A stretch of 59,310 bases of DNA, the filler included, from Trypethelium eluteriae (Eukaryota): assembly GCA_051942245.1 (NCBI GenBank). It is 4 parts of 4 records of this genome, joined end to end, with 100 filler letters (N's around TTAATTAATTAA, not from the genome) between each part and the next. Parts side by side here need not be neighbours in the genome. Positions count along the whole stretch, not along the records: positions 29,732 to 44,474 come from JAVECL010000674.1; positions 44,575 to 59,310 come from JAVECL010000675.1; 2 more parts are not named here. One strand, given 5' to 3'. Each line of letters begins with the position of its first letter. The stretch's first letter is position 1. Positions 34,093-45,078 of this stretch are shown here, piece by piece. The position numbers were made by a program, and so were the translations under genes. The notes under the pieces are model-generated. The model saw nothing but the letters and a program-made list of their open reading frames with translations. It did not search any database and was not told the DNA's origin.

Positions 34093-35742
34093 TTAGACAA
34101 TGTTAACGTTAATCTCGGTCCGCGGCTTCGGCTCACCCAAGTTGACCTTCTGAAAGCGGAAGAGCGAGCACAGCCCCACTAGATGAAATAGAGAGCATTC
34201 CAGATCAAGTGGGTGGAGGACCAAGGCAAGGACGTCCTCTATAGGTTGACTTGGTGTCTCTAAATCTCTGAGCATGACTACTGGAGAGCACAAGTGATCG
34301 CCTGGTGCAAGGCTTGGACAGAGATGTTTATTATGATCCGGAGCAAAGCCAGGCTCCCGGCTTGTGATCTTCATGCCAGTCGAATCGGTAAGTGCAAGGG
34401 AGTCTCCCCACTTCTCAGGGTCATCGGCTTTAGAGATGACGCCATATAGACCCACGCAGGCTGAAAGAGTTTTATCGCGTATTGCAGCGCGTCTCGTGAT
34501 TGTCCTGGTGATAGCGATTGTCGGGGCCTCAGCGTAAAGGGCTACGTGCTCTGTCCGTAGGCGCCAATCTGGCACCCAAGATGGCAGCAGGTCATCTTTT
34601 GGGTTCTGTGATCTTTTCTGTGGGGCTTGGAAGCCTGCGATCCCCAGTACAACACCCCAAATATCCGCGTAGGACCTCGTCGAGTACTCGAGACCATGTT
34701 GGATACAGTAATGTAGAAAATTCATATACATCTGGGGCCAAGGAGTTGTGTAGTCGACTCGGAACCCGAAATTGCAGCCTTGGAAGAAACTCATCAGAGC
34801 GTATATTTTGTCACGTTCGTCGCTACATTCAAGCTGCGAGCACTCGCTAAGGATGCGGAACCAGCTGATTGCGTCAGTGTAGCTATTGATCTGTGCTCGT
34901 CCTCTGATAGCGGAAGTGAATTCTTCTACTAGACCGAAGAATCGGGCCATATTATCAGGAGCGCGTCGCTGTCCTCGCTCAATGCTCTTGTGGACAGAGG
35001 TCCAGGATGCGTGAGAGTTGCCGCAGTAGACTATCAGACGGCGAGCTTGACACATTTCTTGCATGACCCAACGTCGAAGAAAGTAACGCCTGCTCTTAAA
35101 AATGGAGAAGCACTTCTGACGTACCTCGGGGGTAATACCTAATAGTTCTCTTCTAATGTCCCACTGACTATTTCCCGCAGCTTTTGCTCTCTTTGCTAAC
35201 TCGGCACCACTCAAAGGCGTTATAGAATGAGATGACCAGCCACTAGGTGTCCAAGGACGCCACTCGCGAAGTGCAAGGTCCAGTCCAAGCACGAATAGAC
35301 CGTCCAAATTTGTGGAGTCTTCGCCCAGCCAAACAGCAACTTGGGAAGCCATACGATATATGTCGGCCATGTGTCTGACCTGGCTGGATTTTTCGGCGTC
35401 ATTGGACTGATCTATACAGATGGCATCGATCCATAACGTCCTTGTCGTTGCAACCATCCTCAACCTTCTCAAAGCATGTGCGAGATTGCCGGCGATCTGG
35501 AGCGAATGGCCATTGATGGAGATGTTGGCATCTTCAAGTTTCTGCCCTTCGAACGGTGGACCCCAGCAGTAAGACAGCGCCTCGTAGCGAGTCCGGACTG
35601 GAAGTCGAGTAGCTAACAAGGTTCCCGTCAGAGGGATGTTCAAGTCCTCAGCAGGGTCAAGGACCAGAAGTCGGATACTTCTCTCGAGATGTGTTCTCTC
35701 GGATTCCAGAGGAACTTCGGCATAGACCTTACCCAAATCCAT
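34093..35742 (-). CDS. HET-domain protein, intronless
   Basis: IRLLVL.P, YEALSYCWG, NLAHALRRLR, LWIDAICIDQ, QVRHMADIY..A..V.VWLG, YFLRRWVMQE, CSDERDKIYAL, LPSWVPDW. Confidence 0.93.
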   Translation of the reverse strand: MDLGKVYAEVPLESERTHLERSIRLLVLDPAEDLNIPLTGTLLATRLPVRTRYEALSYCWGPPFEGQKLEDANISINGHSLQIAGNLAHALRRLRMVATTRTLWIDAICIDQSNDAEKSSQVRHMADIYRMASQVAVWLGEDSTNLDGLFVLGLDLALREWRPWTPSGWSSHSITPLSGAELAKRAKAAGNSQWDIRRELLGITPEVRQKCFSIFKSRRYFLRRWVMQEMCQARRLIVYCGNSHASWTSVHKSIERGQRRAPDNMARFFGLVEEFTSAIRGRAQINSYTDAISWFRILSECSQLECSDERDKIYALMSFFQGCNFGFRVDYTTPWPQMYMNFLHYCIQHGLEYSTRSYADIWGVVLGIAGFQAPQKRSQNPKDDLLPSWVPDWRLRTEHVALYAEAPTIAITRTITRRAAIRDKTLSACVGLYGVISKADDPEKWGDSLALTDSTGMKITSREPGFAPDHNKHLCPSLAPGDHLCSPVVMLRDLETPSQPIEDVLALVLHPLDLECSLFHLVGLCSLFRFQKVNLGEPKPRTEINVNIV

Positions 35743-37701
35743 TACGTACGGCACCAGATCCGATCATGCGATCTTTTTTTGGACGATACCCACAAGCAGT
35801 GATCCGATCAGTATAATTGGCGAGGATTGCAGAGAACAGGTAAGGGCGGCCATTAAGATCCAAGCTGTTGGGGTCCTCAAGGCTGACAGAATGGCTCAGT
35901 GGGTTCGGGGCAAAGCCCTGTACGTAGGAATGTGGTGGTGTTGGGGGCAAGGTATGCGGCTGTAAGAACAGCGTTCGGTATACTTCAATTTCGATCGGAC
36001 GGTCCCGAACTGACTGAGACAACGCGCTATTCGAAGTATACCAGGCTGCGTATAGTACGTTGGAAATTGCGTCTTGACTTCTCGCGTTGGGGACTCTGCG
36101 ACCCGGATGCGGTTCCTGCTGGATAGCTCTAGAAAGCAAGGAGAGAGTCCTACGAAGCTACACTCAAGTTTTCAGTCATTGATCACGAACAGACGGGTTT
36201 TTGACTTTTAGAAAGTATCAGCTGTACGTTTGCAGCAGTCTGTCCCAGAAGTAGAAGACGATGACTGACCTTTAGGACGCACGGCGAAGTTTGAGCTGAA
36301 ACAACCACCGAGAAATTACTTTCCTGGTCTGCGTTGAATTTCTCGCCCTCTTCGAAACTTTCCATGAATCAGCAGCCTCATCTCACGACGGCTCTCCGAA
36401 ATAAGTATTATGGCCGAGAATTGTGGGATGGGTGCATCGTTTACTAGCCGTTCGCCACGTGTCACCGTCTTCTCCTGGAAATCATTTGACTCAACAATCA
36501 CGGTTCAACCAAATTCGGGAGGAATATCCTAGGTCTCTCTGTGTGACGAGTTTGCAAGCTTGGTATTCTAAAAGACGAGACCGCACGGGGTGTTACTTCC
36601 ATGATCACCGGATCGGGAAAATATGGTCCCGCTCTTGTTCAATACAATAAGGTACCACCGTCTGCAATGACTAGAGATAGGGGCGACTGCTTTTTGTGCC
36701 GTCACAATGCTCAAATAGTATGAAAGAAGTAGCATGGCCAATGGTCTCTGCAAGATATTGCGCCCACATGCAAGCGATCAGTATGTGTGGTGTGTCCCAG
36801 ATTTCACCCCAAGCAAGGATCCTACGATCTACAAGTCCGCCAAATATCTCGTGCTCTTGTCTTTGCATTCACTTGCATCTTGAGAAGTAGGATGATATGG
36901 CTCCTTTCGGACAGACGAGATTTTGCGCTTGTCGGAAAACCTCAACACTGTCTCTCGACTATCGTATCTACAGACTAGCGCCTTCATCCAACCTCACACA
37001 AATAACAAACAGTGGCAGGAGGTCAAGTGGTCTGCCATCGCTTCACACACAATACCGCGCCACTGCTTGACACTTGGAAAGCAGGGCGACCATCCTTGTG
37101 GTCAAATTTCCCCGCCTCTTTCCCCAAACAATCGCTCCAAGTTCTCTCCTGTTTCTCAAACTGAGGTGTTTGCACAATCTGCAGCGAAGTCTTAATACAA
37201 GTCAAATGAACATACTTCTACCCCATCAATCCCGTCGCTCAGACGTCTTTCCTACTTATTGATACCTAGTTCCTTCTGCTTACTTGTACATGACTTTTGT
37301 ATTGTTGTCGTGGTGATCCAGTCAAAATGTGTGGAAGACTGTATTGTCTAAATTATAGTACGTTAGTGTTTCAGATGCCTATTTTATTGTGGAAACTAGC
37401 ACAGCTCCATGACTCTAGCGTGCTTCAGAGCTGAAGCTTAGCCTTCCGTTACAAAGTTGAACAATGAAAGGGATATTTTCTCAAACACCATTGTGAGGAC
37501 AGACTACAATTGATTCTGCTACCGCCAAAATGAGTCTTTTTGCAGCAAACGCGCGGCTCACTATTGATACTGGTATCAGATCAAGATATCATTGTAGTTC
37601 TGAAGATCTATTGTGTTTATTCGCGAGACCTTTGCCTTCTTCCATATATATCCTCTCTCTACCCTCTCTCAGATCTTTCCCTACAAGATTAACCTCTCCT
37701 A

Positions 37702-37854
37702 CAGAACCCTTCTTCAGGATATCTTCCCGAGAACTTCTTACTCAGAACCTCTTCTCCAGAACCTCTTCTCTAAAACTTCTTCGCCAGAACCTCTTCCCTG
37801 GAACCCCCTCCTCAAAATCTCTTCCTCAGAACACCATCTTCAGAGCCTCTTCTT
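37702..37854 (+). repeat. Degenerate 14-bp minisatellite, 11 units (consensus CAGAACCTCTTCYY)
   Basis: Units start at 37702, 37715, 37729, 37743, 37757, 37771, 37785, 37799, 37813, 37827 and 37841; the units at 37743 and 37757 are identical. Confidence 0.85.
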
Positions 37855-37949
37855 CTCTAGCAAAGTCCCTTCGACTTCACTTGCTAGATTTGATACCTAA
37901 CCTCGTATCCTCATTGCCGAAATCGTCTTGCTCCATTACGCCGGACGTG

Positions 37950-39253
37950 ATGGCCAGACCACGTGCTGAGGGTAGCGGAGCCCAACAGGTGATCCAATGT
38001 CCGAAGTGTGAGAAAACATTCAAGCGTAGGTGCGATCTACGCCAGCATGAGGAGACACATAATCCGGAGAAGCCATACATGTGCAAGCAATGTCCAGAAA
38101 AGTACGGCGCCGACCGTTCTCGACTTCGCCATATTCAGCGTGTCCATCTCCCAACCCAGCCTCATTCATGTCGCCACGAAGACTGTGGTCGAACGTTTTC
38201 GCGAAAGTACCTGATAATGGAGCACGAACGTCAGCACCATGGTGGGCTGCATCCGAAAGACTACGGAGATGACCCCAAAGGCGAAGAATTCACGCTACAG
38301 GAAATCAAGGTGAGTTCGACGTACAAATGCTCTTTGGCACAAGCTTATGCTAACATACCCAGGGCACTGATAGCGCGATTACCTTGCGAAATGGTAAAGT
38401 TCTGGCACCGCTTCATCGAAACGAGCGCACAAATCTCCAAAAACGCTTCGTCAGAATCTTGTTCGAGGACCAGTCGCTCAATCTGAGCTTCTTCCCTTTC
38501 TGGGGCACTGGTTACCTTGATCCTGACTGGGACTCATTCGTTAGCTGCCTCGAGGTCCGAGGTTTTCCGCATGACTTCCTTTTTTGGGCTCTTGTGACAC
38601 CCTCGAGGCCAGTTCATGATTCACGGTCGTTTGGGATGGCATTGAGGCGCCTTATCCACAAGCCAGATGACTATACTGAAACCTGGAAATTCTTGCCTAT
38701 CTCTCTGTACGACACATCTTTTAGAGGTGATGAGGACAGCACTGCTTCCCTTCCTCTCTCTTCCACCACTCCCTATTTTACAACCTCGACATCATCTTCA
38801 TCCTCACTTAAGAGAAAGTCCTCAGATAATGAGGATGATGAGTCCGAGTCCAGTGGCGGCTCATCAAAGCGTGTCAAAAGTCAAACCAGCAGTCTCCGTA
38901 TGCCCTACGGTGGCTTTTCGACAAGCAAGAGGGCGAATCCAAACCCGCTAGGACTCCGAACCGACACTGAACTAGCCGCCAGCTATTTCTCTGGAAGTGG
39001 TCCGGGAGGCCTCCAACCAGATCCGGCCGAAGCTGGCGGCTCGGTGGATCTCACAAGCGCCCCTCAAAATGGCGATTCTGGAATCGCCGTCGATGAAACC
39101 AACGGGCTCGAATTTGAGCCCATAGGCTCACAAGGATCCCCCGAACAATTCGGGGCCGAGTTCGGGGCTGGGTTCATTTTTCAAGAACCCAGCCAAGATG
39201 ACGAACTCGGACGCGACATCCGAGATTGGTTGCTGGACAACCAATCTGCCTGA
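37950..39253 (+). CDS. C2H2 zinc-finger transcription factor (3 fingers)
   Basis: Exons 37950-38309 and 38363-39253. CPKC..TF....L..H...H, linker NPEKPY, CKQC...H....H, CRHEDC...F.......H...H; basic LKRK motif and acidic tail. Confidence 0.88.
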
Positions 39254-39436
39254 ACTGCGTTGGGGCGGGCCCCAGCATGCTGGCGGAATTTTCGTGGGCC
39301 GTGTATTTTTCAGACTACTATGAGGCATTGTGATCTTTCAGATAGAATGATTAAAATCGATGAATTGTCTATCCTTTGACTTGTACACTTGAGGCATGCC
39401 TCATTCGCCTATGTATCAATCATGAGAAACCGAATG

Positions 39437-40298
39437 CTATTTTGCTCGTAGACGGAGAAGATAGAAAAGAGCTCCGAAAGCCGCGCCCCCGAGATGGGCG
39501 GCGTGTCCAACACGCGATCTTTCATCATGCAAATGCAGAAAGTCCCAAGCGATGTATCCTGGTAGTAGAAGAAATAGTGGTACGGGGACGAGACCAAAGA
39601 GTGCAACCCTAGCGGCGGCTTCAGAGTGTCAGCCTTCCTATTCTGCCTGACGGATACATGCAACTTCATTCGAGAGAACCTACGGCGGAGAGCAGCAGCA
39701 GCTGTACCAAGCCCCATGACAACACCTGATGCGCCGAGAGAGGCTTGTTCGTAACCAGGAGTTTCTCGCGCTGCCTGAATGGCAAGATCCGCCCCGCTCG
39801 CAGATAAGGCTGAGCCTAGGGTGATAGTGGCAACGATGGGAATACCTCTTGGGAGGTAAGCAAACACGGTGCCGAAAGTGTATAGGCTAAACATGTTGCC
39901 TATGGAAAGTCAGTCCGGGAAATCTTCTAACGGAGCCAGGAATGAGCGAAGGCTCGAAATTAGTTCTACGTACCTATAAGATGGTTTGGGTCTCTGTGGG
40001 AGAAAGAACAGGTAAGCAGAGTCCACCATCGTCCTTCTCGGAAGTTCCGAAGGGAATTGGTTGCATTAGCCTTTAACCAATTAGGCATACGCTTCCTGGT
40101 CTCTGCTGAGATTCTGTCCTTGATGTCGCTAGGGATGCGATCAATGTTCCATAATACGAAGCCGACCACATTGACGGTGACAATTCCTCCTAGTAGGCGT
40201 GTGGTGTTTCGATAATTAGTAATCGATTTGTATTTGTCGAAATGGCCTCCACTGAAATGTCTCCGAGACTGAAAGCTTGCAAACTGGGATCTGAACAT
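39437..40298 (-). CDS. Rhomboid intramembrane serine protease (Pcp1/PARL-like)
   Basis: Exons 40298-39974, 39899-39684, 39618-39437. GRWWTLLTCSFSH, HLIGNM, catalytic GASG and HAAHLGG; N-terminus resembles a mitochondrial presequence. Confidence 0.9.
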
Positions 40299-41111
40299 GT
40301 GGACTACGGGATCACCTGGATGACGTGCGAAGATAGCTTCTAGAATAGGCGTGTTACGATATAGCGTGAGGCGACACGACTATTGCTAAGGAAAAGCTTG
40401 GACAGAGGCTGGATTTAATGAATTTGGTGGCATTCCATGTGTAAATGAAATGTCCAATGATCTAGTTCGGGGGCAGCGGGCGTGGGTAGCAAGAGCGCTC
40501 TGAGAAGAGAACTTCACGCCATCTTATGATCAGAATGGAAATTGTCAATTGATCCCTTGCTGGTGAAGGTGGTGTGACGAAACTAGGCATCGTGGCACCT
40601 AACGAATATCATATGGTGGAGCTCCCCTGCCCTGTCCTTTGCACAACGTCGTGCACGGTTCGGCGCGTCGTCGGAGCACGCTTGCCTCGAGTGTATTTTG
40701 ACCTCCATTGCTGCTACTCCACCACTACCTTATTATTGCCTTTGCCCACAACCATATACACTCTCGCGGTAACCCTCATACTCAGTCTCAGCCACTCGAT
40801 CAAGTCAGACTTTCAAGCAATCTACTCCTCAACTACCCGCTCCAGAGGCTTTCCCCCCCGACCTCTCGACCTCTCAAGCTGTGAAGCTCCTAGCGCACAC
40901 TCCACAAGGCGGTCACCTACCTCCGATCTCGGAAGGCGATAAAGCTCATTATCCTCCTATACCACTCCGGCCTTCTCCATAACGCACACTGTTCCCTGCA
41001 AATCATCACGTCGGCAAACCTAAGCCTACGTACTACGCGTCACTTACACCTACCTACCCAACGCGAGTTGCTCTCTTAACGAAGAAGCTAGCTCGATAGC
41101 TGCATGAGAAG

Positions 41112-42651
41112 ATGGCGGTCGAAACAGACATTACGAACCAGCTACAGGCTACGAAATTAGAGTGTGTATGATCTTGTTATACTACTAGACTATTGCTGAT
41201 AGCTCCCTAGCGATACCTCAGATACCAACTGGAGGCAAGGCCTCAAAGCACCTCCAAAGGACACACGAGTGCAGACGGAAGATGTCACCAACACGAAAGG
41301 GCTCGAGTTTGAGGATTTCTACATCAAGCGCGAGCTTATGATGGGCATTTTTGAAGCCGGATACGAAAAGCCCTCACCCATCCAGGAAGCCGCTATACCA
41401 GTGGCTTTGACTGGTAGAGACATCCTCGCTAGAGCAAAGAATGGCACTGGAAAGACGGCAGCATACGTCATCCCCACCCTGGAGAGAATCAATAATAAGA
41501 ACACAAAAATCCAAGCCCTCATCCTCGTGCCTACTAGAGAACTAGCCCTCCAGACTTCTCAGGTCTTTCGAACTCTAGGTAAACACATCGGAGTCAAAGT
41601 CATGGTCACCACTGGTGGTACTGGCCTCAAAGACGATATCATTCGGTTGAATGAGGCTGTTCACATCGTTGTTGGCACACCTGGAAGGATTCTAGATCTC
41701 GCGAGCAAGCAAGTTGCCGACCTATCTGCCTGCCAAACTTTTGTCATGGATGAAGCCGACAAACTACTTTCCCCAGAATTCACTCCTGTCATCGAACAGC
41801 TCCTTGGCTTCCACCCGAAGGATAGACAAGTCATGCTCTTTAGTGCCACATTCCCACTGGTGGTGAAGAGTTTCAAGGACAAACACACGAAATCACCCTA
41901 CGAAATCAATCTTATGGATGAGCTCACTCTCCGGGGAATCACCCAATATTATGCCTTTGTGGAAGAGAAGCAGAAGGTACACTGCCTAAACACTCTTTTC
42001 TCGAAGCTTCAGATCAATCAGTCAATAATCTTTTGCAACTCAACTCAACGTGTTGAGCTTCTTGCAAAGAAAATCACCGAGCTTGGCTACTCTTGCTTCT
42101 ACTCCCATGCGAAAATGCAACAAAATGACCGCAACCGCGTCTTTCACGATTTCCGAAATGGCGCTTGCCGTAATCTTGTCTGCTCCGACTTACTCACCCG
42201 CGGTATCGATATTCAAGCCGTGAACGTCGTCATCAACTTTGATTTCCCCAAAAATGCAGAAACATACCTCCATCGAATTGGTCGTTCTGGCCGATTTGGG
42301 CACTTGGGTTTGGCTATCAACCTTATCAACTGGGATGACCGCTTCAACCTCTATAAGATAGAACAAGAGCTTGGTACAGAGATTCAAGCCATTCCACCAG
42401 TCATTGAAAAGAGTCTCTACGTTTACGAGTCGCCAGAAAACATCCCTAGGCCGCCCTCCAATGCACCTCAGCGGCAGATCCAAAAATCGACGACTACGCA
42501 GAACTCAAATCGACAGAACTACAATAGAAATCAACGCGGTGGGGCTCACTTCCAGGGACAACGCCGTGGACCTCCACCAGGTCAGCCCTCGCAAAATAGG
42601 CAAAATCCTGTGCCACAGCAGCGAGCAGCCGGCTCTGCTGCGCAGGCGTGA
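41112..42651 (+). CDS. DHH1: DEAD-box RNA helicase Dhh1/DDX6
   Basis: Exons 41112-41161 and 41211-42651 (49-nt intron). [57 protein letters not shown]-rich tail. Confidence 0.97.
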
Positions 42652-43579
42652 TTGTCAACAGCGAGGACCGCCTCTCTTGAGTGATTTCTTTTCAACTTCT
42701 CTTTCCTCATTAGTGGCGTTTCGGTCTCTGATTCCCCAACACGAGTACGTGGCAAACGTATTTCTTTGTTCCGGGATGGATCTTTTTCACTTTATTTGCA
42801 CATAGTTATTTCTTCGGTAACACACGAGAGTGCATGACGGGGCATGTCCTTGATGGATGGCTGCGGCATGCGCATTGGTCGCGCCCGGCCTGGGGCGTTT
42901 GGCGTGTCCATTGTACACTAGCCCGATTCTCCGGCTCTGGCCTCTGGCGGATAGGCTATTTCTTATTTTCCCTCTCATCTCCGAATTATTCTATGGCTCG
43001 CGCCTTTCGGGATATTCGACTTCAAAAGTTCCCCAGCTCTCCTTCTCAACGCAGAGATGCTTCATATCTTGCTCACTCGACGGAGCACACGCCCAACAAC
43101 CTTCTCCCTTCCTTTTCGACCCCTTTTACCACTAAACTTGTGCCGTTCTGGATGCTCGATCCTATGGCAATGCGCTCATAGCTCGTTCGATGTCGATGAC
43201 ATCCACGGCACCAACACTACACGTGAACATTAGCATTTATCCACGATATCAGTCAATAACATCCATTATTCTTGGCTGCTACTTTTTCGGCCGGGACAAT
43301 CATGATCAACCTCTAGACGGGGACCAGATCAGTTGCGGCTAGCATTGCACATACTCATTGTGTGCGGATTGCTAGCATCCGGATGGAATGAGAGAAATTT
43401 TGGATGGATGACGTAGTCGAAGTAGAAAAAAAAGAAAAAAAAAAAAACTGAGAGACAAGATAAGACTTCAACGTGTTCTGGCCATTTATTGGCAGTCGTA
43501 CGTAGTTTTATTAATGGGAAATTTCTGCCTCTCAGTCTAAACGTCTCACCGAAGTTCTGTATTCGTGAACCACTGATCC

Positions 43580-44474
43580 TTACAGCTTTCCAACTGGTCG
43601 GCCTCGCTGCCCAACGTCCTTGACTGCCTTCTCTAGCACCTCTGCCAAAGCCAAAACTTTCTCCTCCTGCAGCCGTCCTCCGATGATTTGCAATCCTACT
43701 GGCGCACCATCAATCGCTTCCGCATCATCTGCAATCCCGGCTTAGCAAGTCTTACCAACAAAGCTAATAAACAGAACACTTTGGCAATAACAGAAAAAAG
43801 ACTTACACTCCTCAAAACACACACGATCCTGCTCCCCCAACGCCTCGAACCCATCCTCATATCTATCGACATCCTTCTCTGCCTTCGTTACAGGGATCAC
43901 ACATACGCTATAGTCCAATAGATTATACGCCGCAGTGTATCCGACATACTTCATTTTCCCAAGCAGCGGGCTCGCATATGGCGACGTAGGTGCGATGATA
44001 GCGTCGACAGGGCGTCCCGTGCCGGTCAATGAGGCCGTCGAGCGCCAGTAAGTAAGGTAGTCGGCACGGTAGGCGCGAGTGGCGCGGTTGTGGGCTTGGA
44101 CGTCTTGAACGCTGGATGGCGTGGTGGGAGAGTTCCCGAAAGTACCAGCGAGTGTCGGTGGAGCCGGTTCTCCGGTCCGCGAGAGGAGATGATGGAATTC
44201 TTCGGCTCCATCGTGGAGCCAAGAAGAGAACTATAGCAGTAAGTGATGACTCCAAACGTCCAAGATTCACTACCGGGTTTGTGTCATTAGGAACGGAAGG
44301 TCGGCCCCCTACCTGCAACGATATCGCTTTCCTATGATCAGGCGGCTGCCACTCCACGACCTGATGTCCCAGCCCCTCCACCGCCCTCACCATCATCTCC
44401 ATCGCCCTCCTCACCGGCGGCTGCGGCCTCACCACGCCATCATCCCACAACACGCCAAAGCACAACCTCTCGTC
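43580..44474 (-). CDS. Amidase signature family (acetamidase/general amidase), C-terminal part; 5' end cut by spacer
   Basis: DDGVVRPQPPVRRA, GHQVVEW, DG..E.....TGEP, PVDAIIAP, YTAAYNLLDY, GAPVGLQIIGGRLQEEKVL; two introns. Confidence 0.9.
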
Positions 44475-44574
44475 NNNNNNNNNNNNNNNNNNNNNNNNNN
44501 NNNNNNNNNNNNNNNNNNTTAATTAATTAANNNNNNNNNNNNNNNNNNNNNNNNNNNNNNNNNNNNNNNNNNNN
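44475..44574. other. Artificial contig spacer
   Basis: 44 N + TTAATTAATTAA (44519-44530) + 44 N. Confidence 0.97.
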
Positions 44575-45078
44575 GAGGTGGGGGTGGAGGGTAGTCAGGT
44601 TTGCAGTTATCAACCTCGACAATTATCTCCGAGCATCCTTGTTGGTGAGCTGGTGGTGTCTGATAGATGTTGTAGCCACCATTAGCCTCAGTAGGGCAAG
44701 TCCAAAGATTAGGGCTCCCATGGTAGGAGATAGTTCCATCGTGGCCGATGGTGAAGCCGGGAGATGGAGCAGCACCGGCATCACATTGGAATTGGCTAGT
44801 CGGCGGCGTCAAGATACAACCCCGTCCTTTACTATCGGTGATGCCTAGAAACGTCAGATCTTCTGTCGAACAGAAAGGCATCGCAACTGACCTCCTTGAT
44901 CATTGATGGAATATGAACCCGGCGAAAGACTATGATCCCCGATACGGTTCTGTCCATCATACAGTTGGCCAACTTTGCCGCCCGGACCTCCTTTTGCAGT
45001 GAGGGAGAAGCTACAGGAGCCGCTGCGGGTGACTAGCTCATTGCTGCTGGCAATGAAGGGAAAGATGGGAACCCTCAT
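44575..45078 (-). CDS. Secreted/cell-wall protein with PIR-like GQL.DGQ motif, N-terminal part; cut by spacer
   Basis: Exons 45078-44892 and 44844-44575. CSFSLTAKGG, VGQLYDGQNRIG, ITDSKGRGCILTPPTSQFQCDAG, then a proline-rich linker. Confidence 0.75.

Noticed and set aside
11967..35742. Two HET genes as one incompatibility cluster
   Set aside because: They lie on different contigs separated by artificial spacers.
37702..37854. CRISPR array or heat-shock element array
   Set aside because: No unique spacers and the context is eukaryotic; the GAA/TTC spacing does not match nGAAnnTTCn.
37530..37949. 140-aa N-terminal extension of the C2H2 ORF in the ORF track
   Set aside because: It runs through the pyrimidine-rich 14-bp array; ATG 37950 just before the fingers is more plausible.
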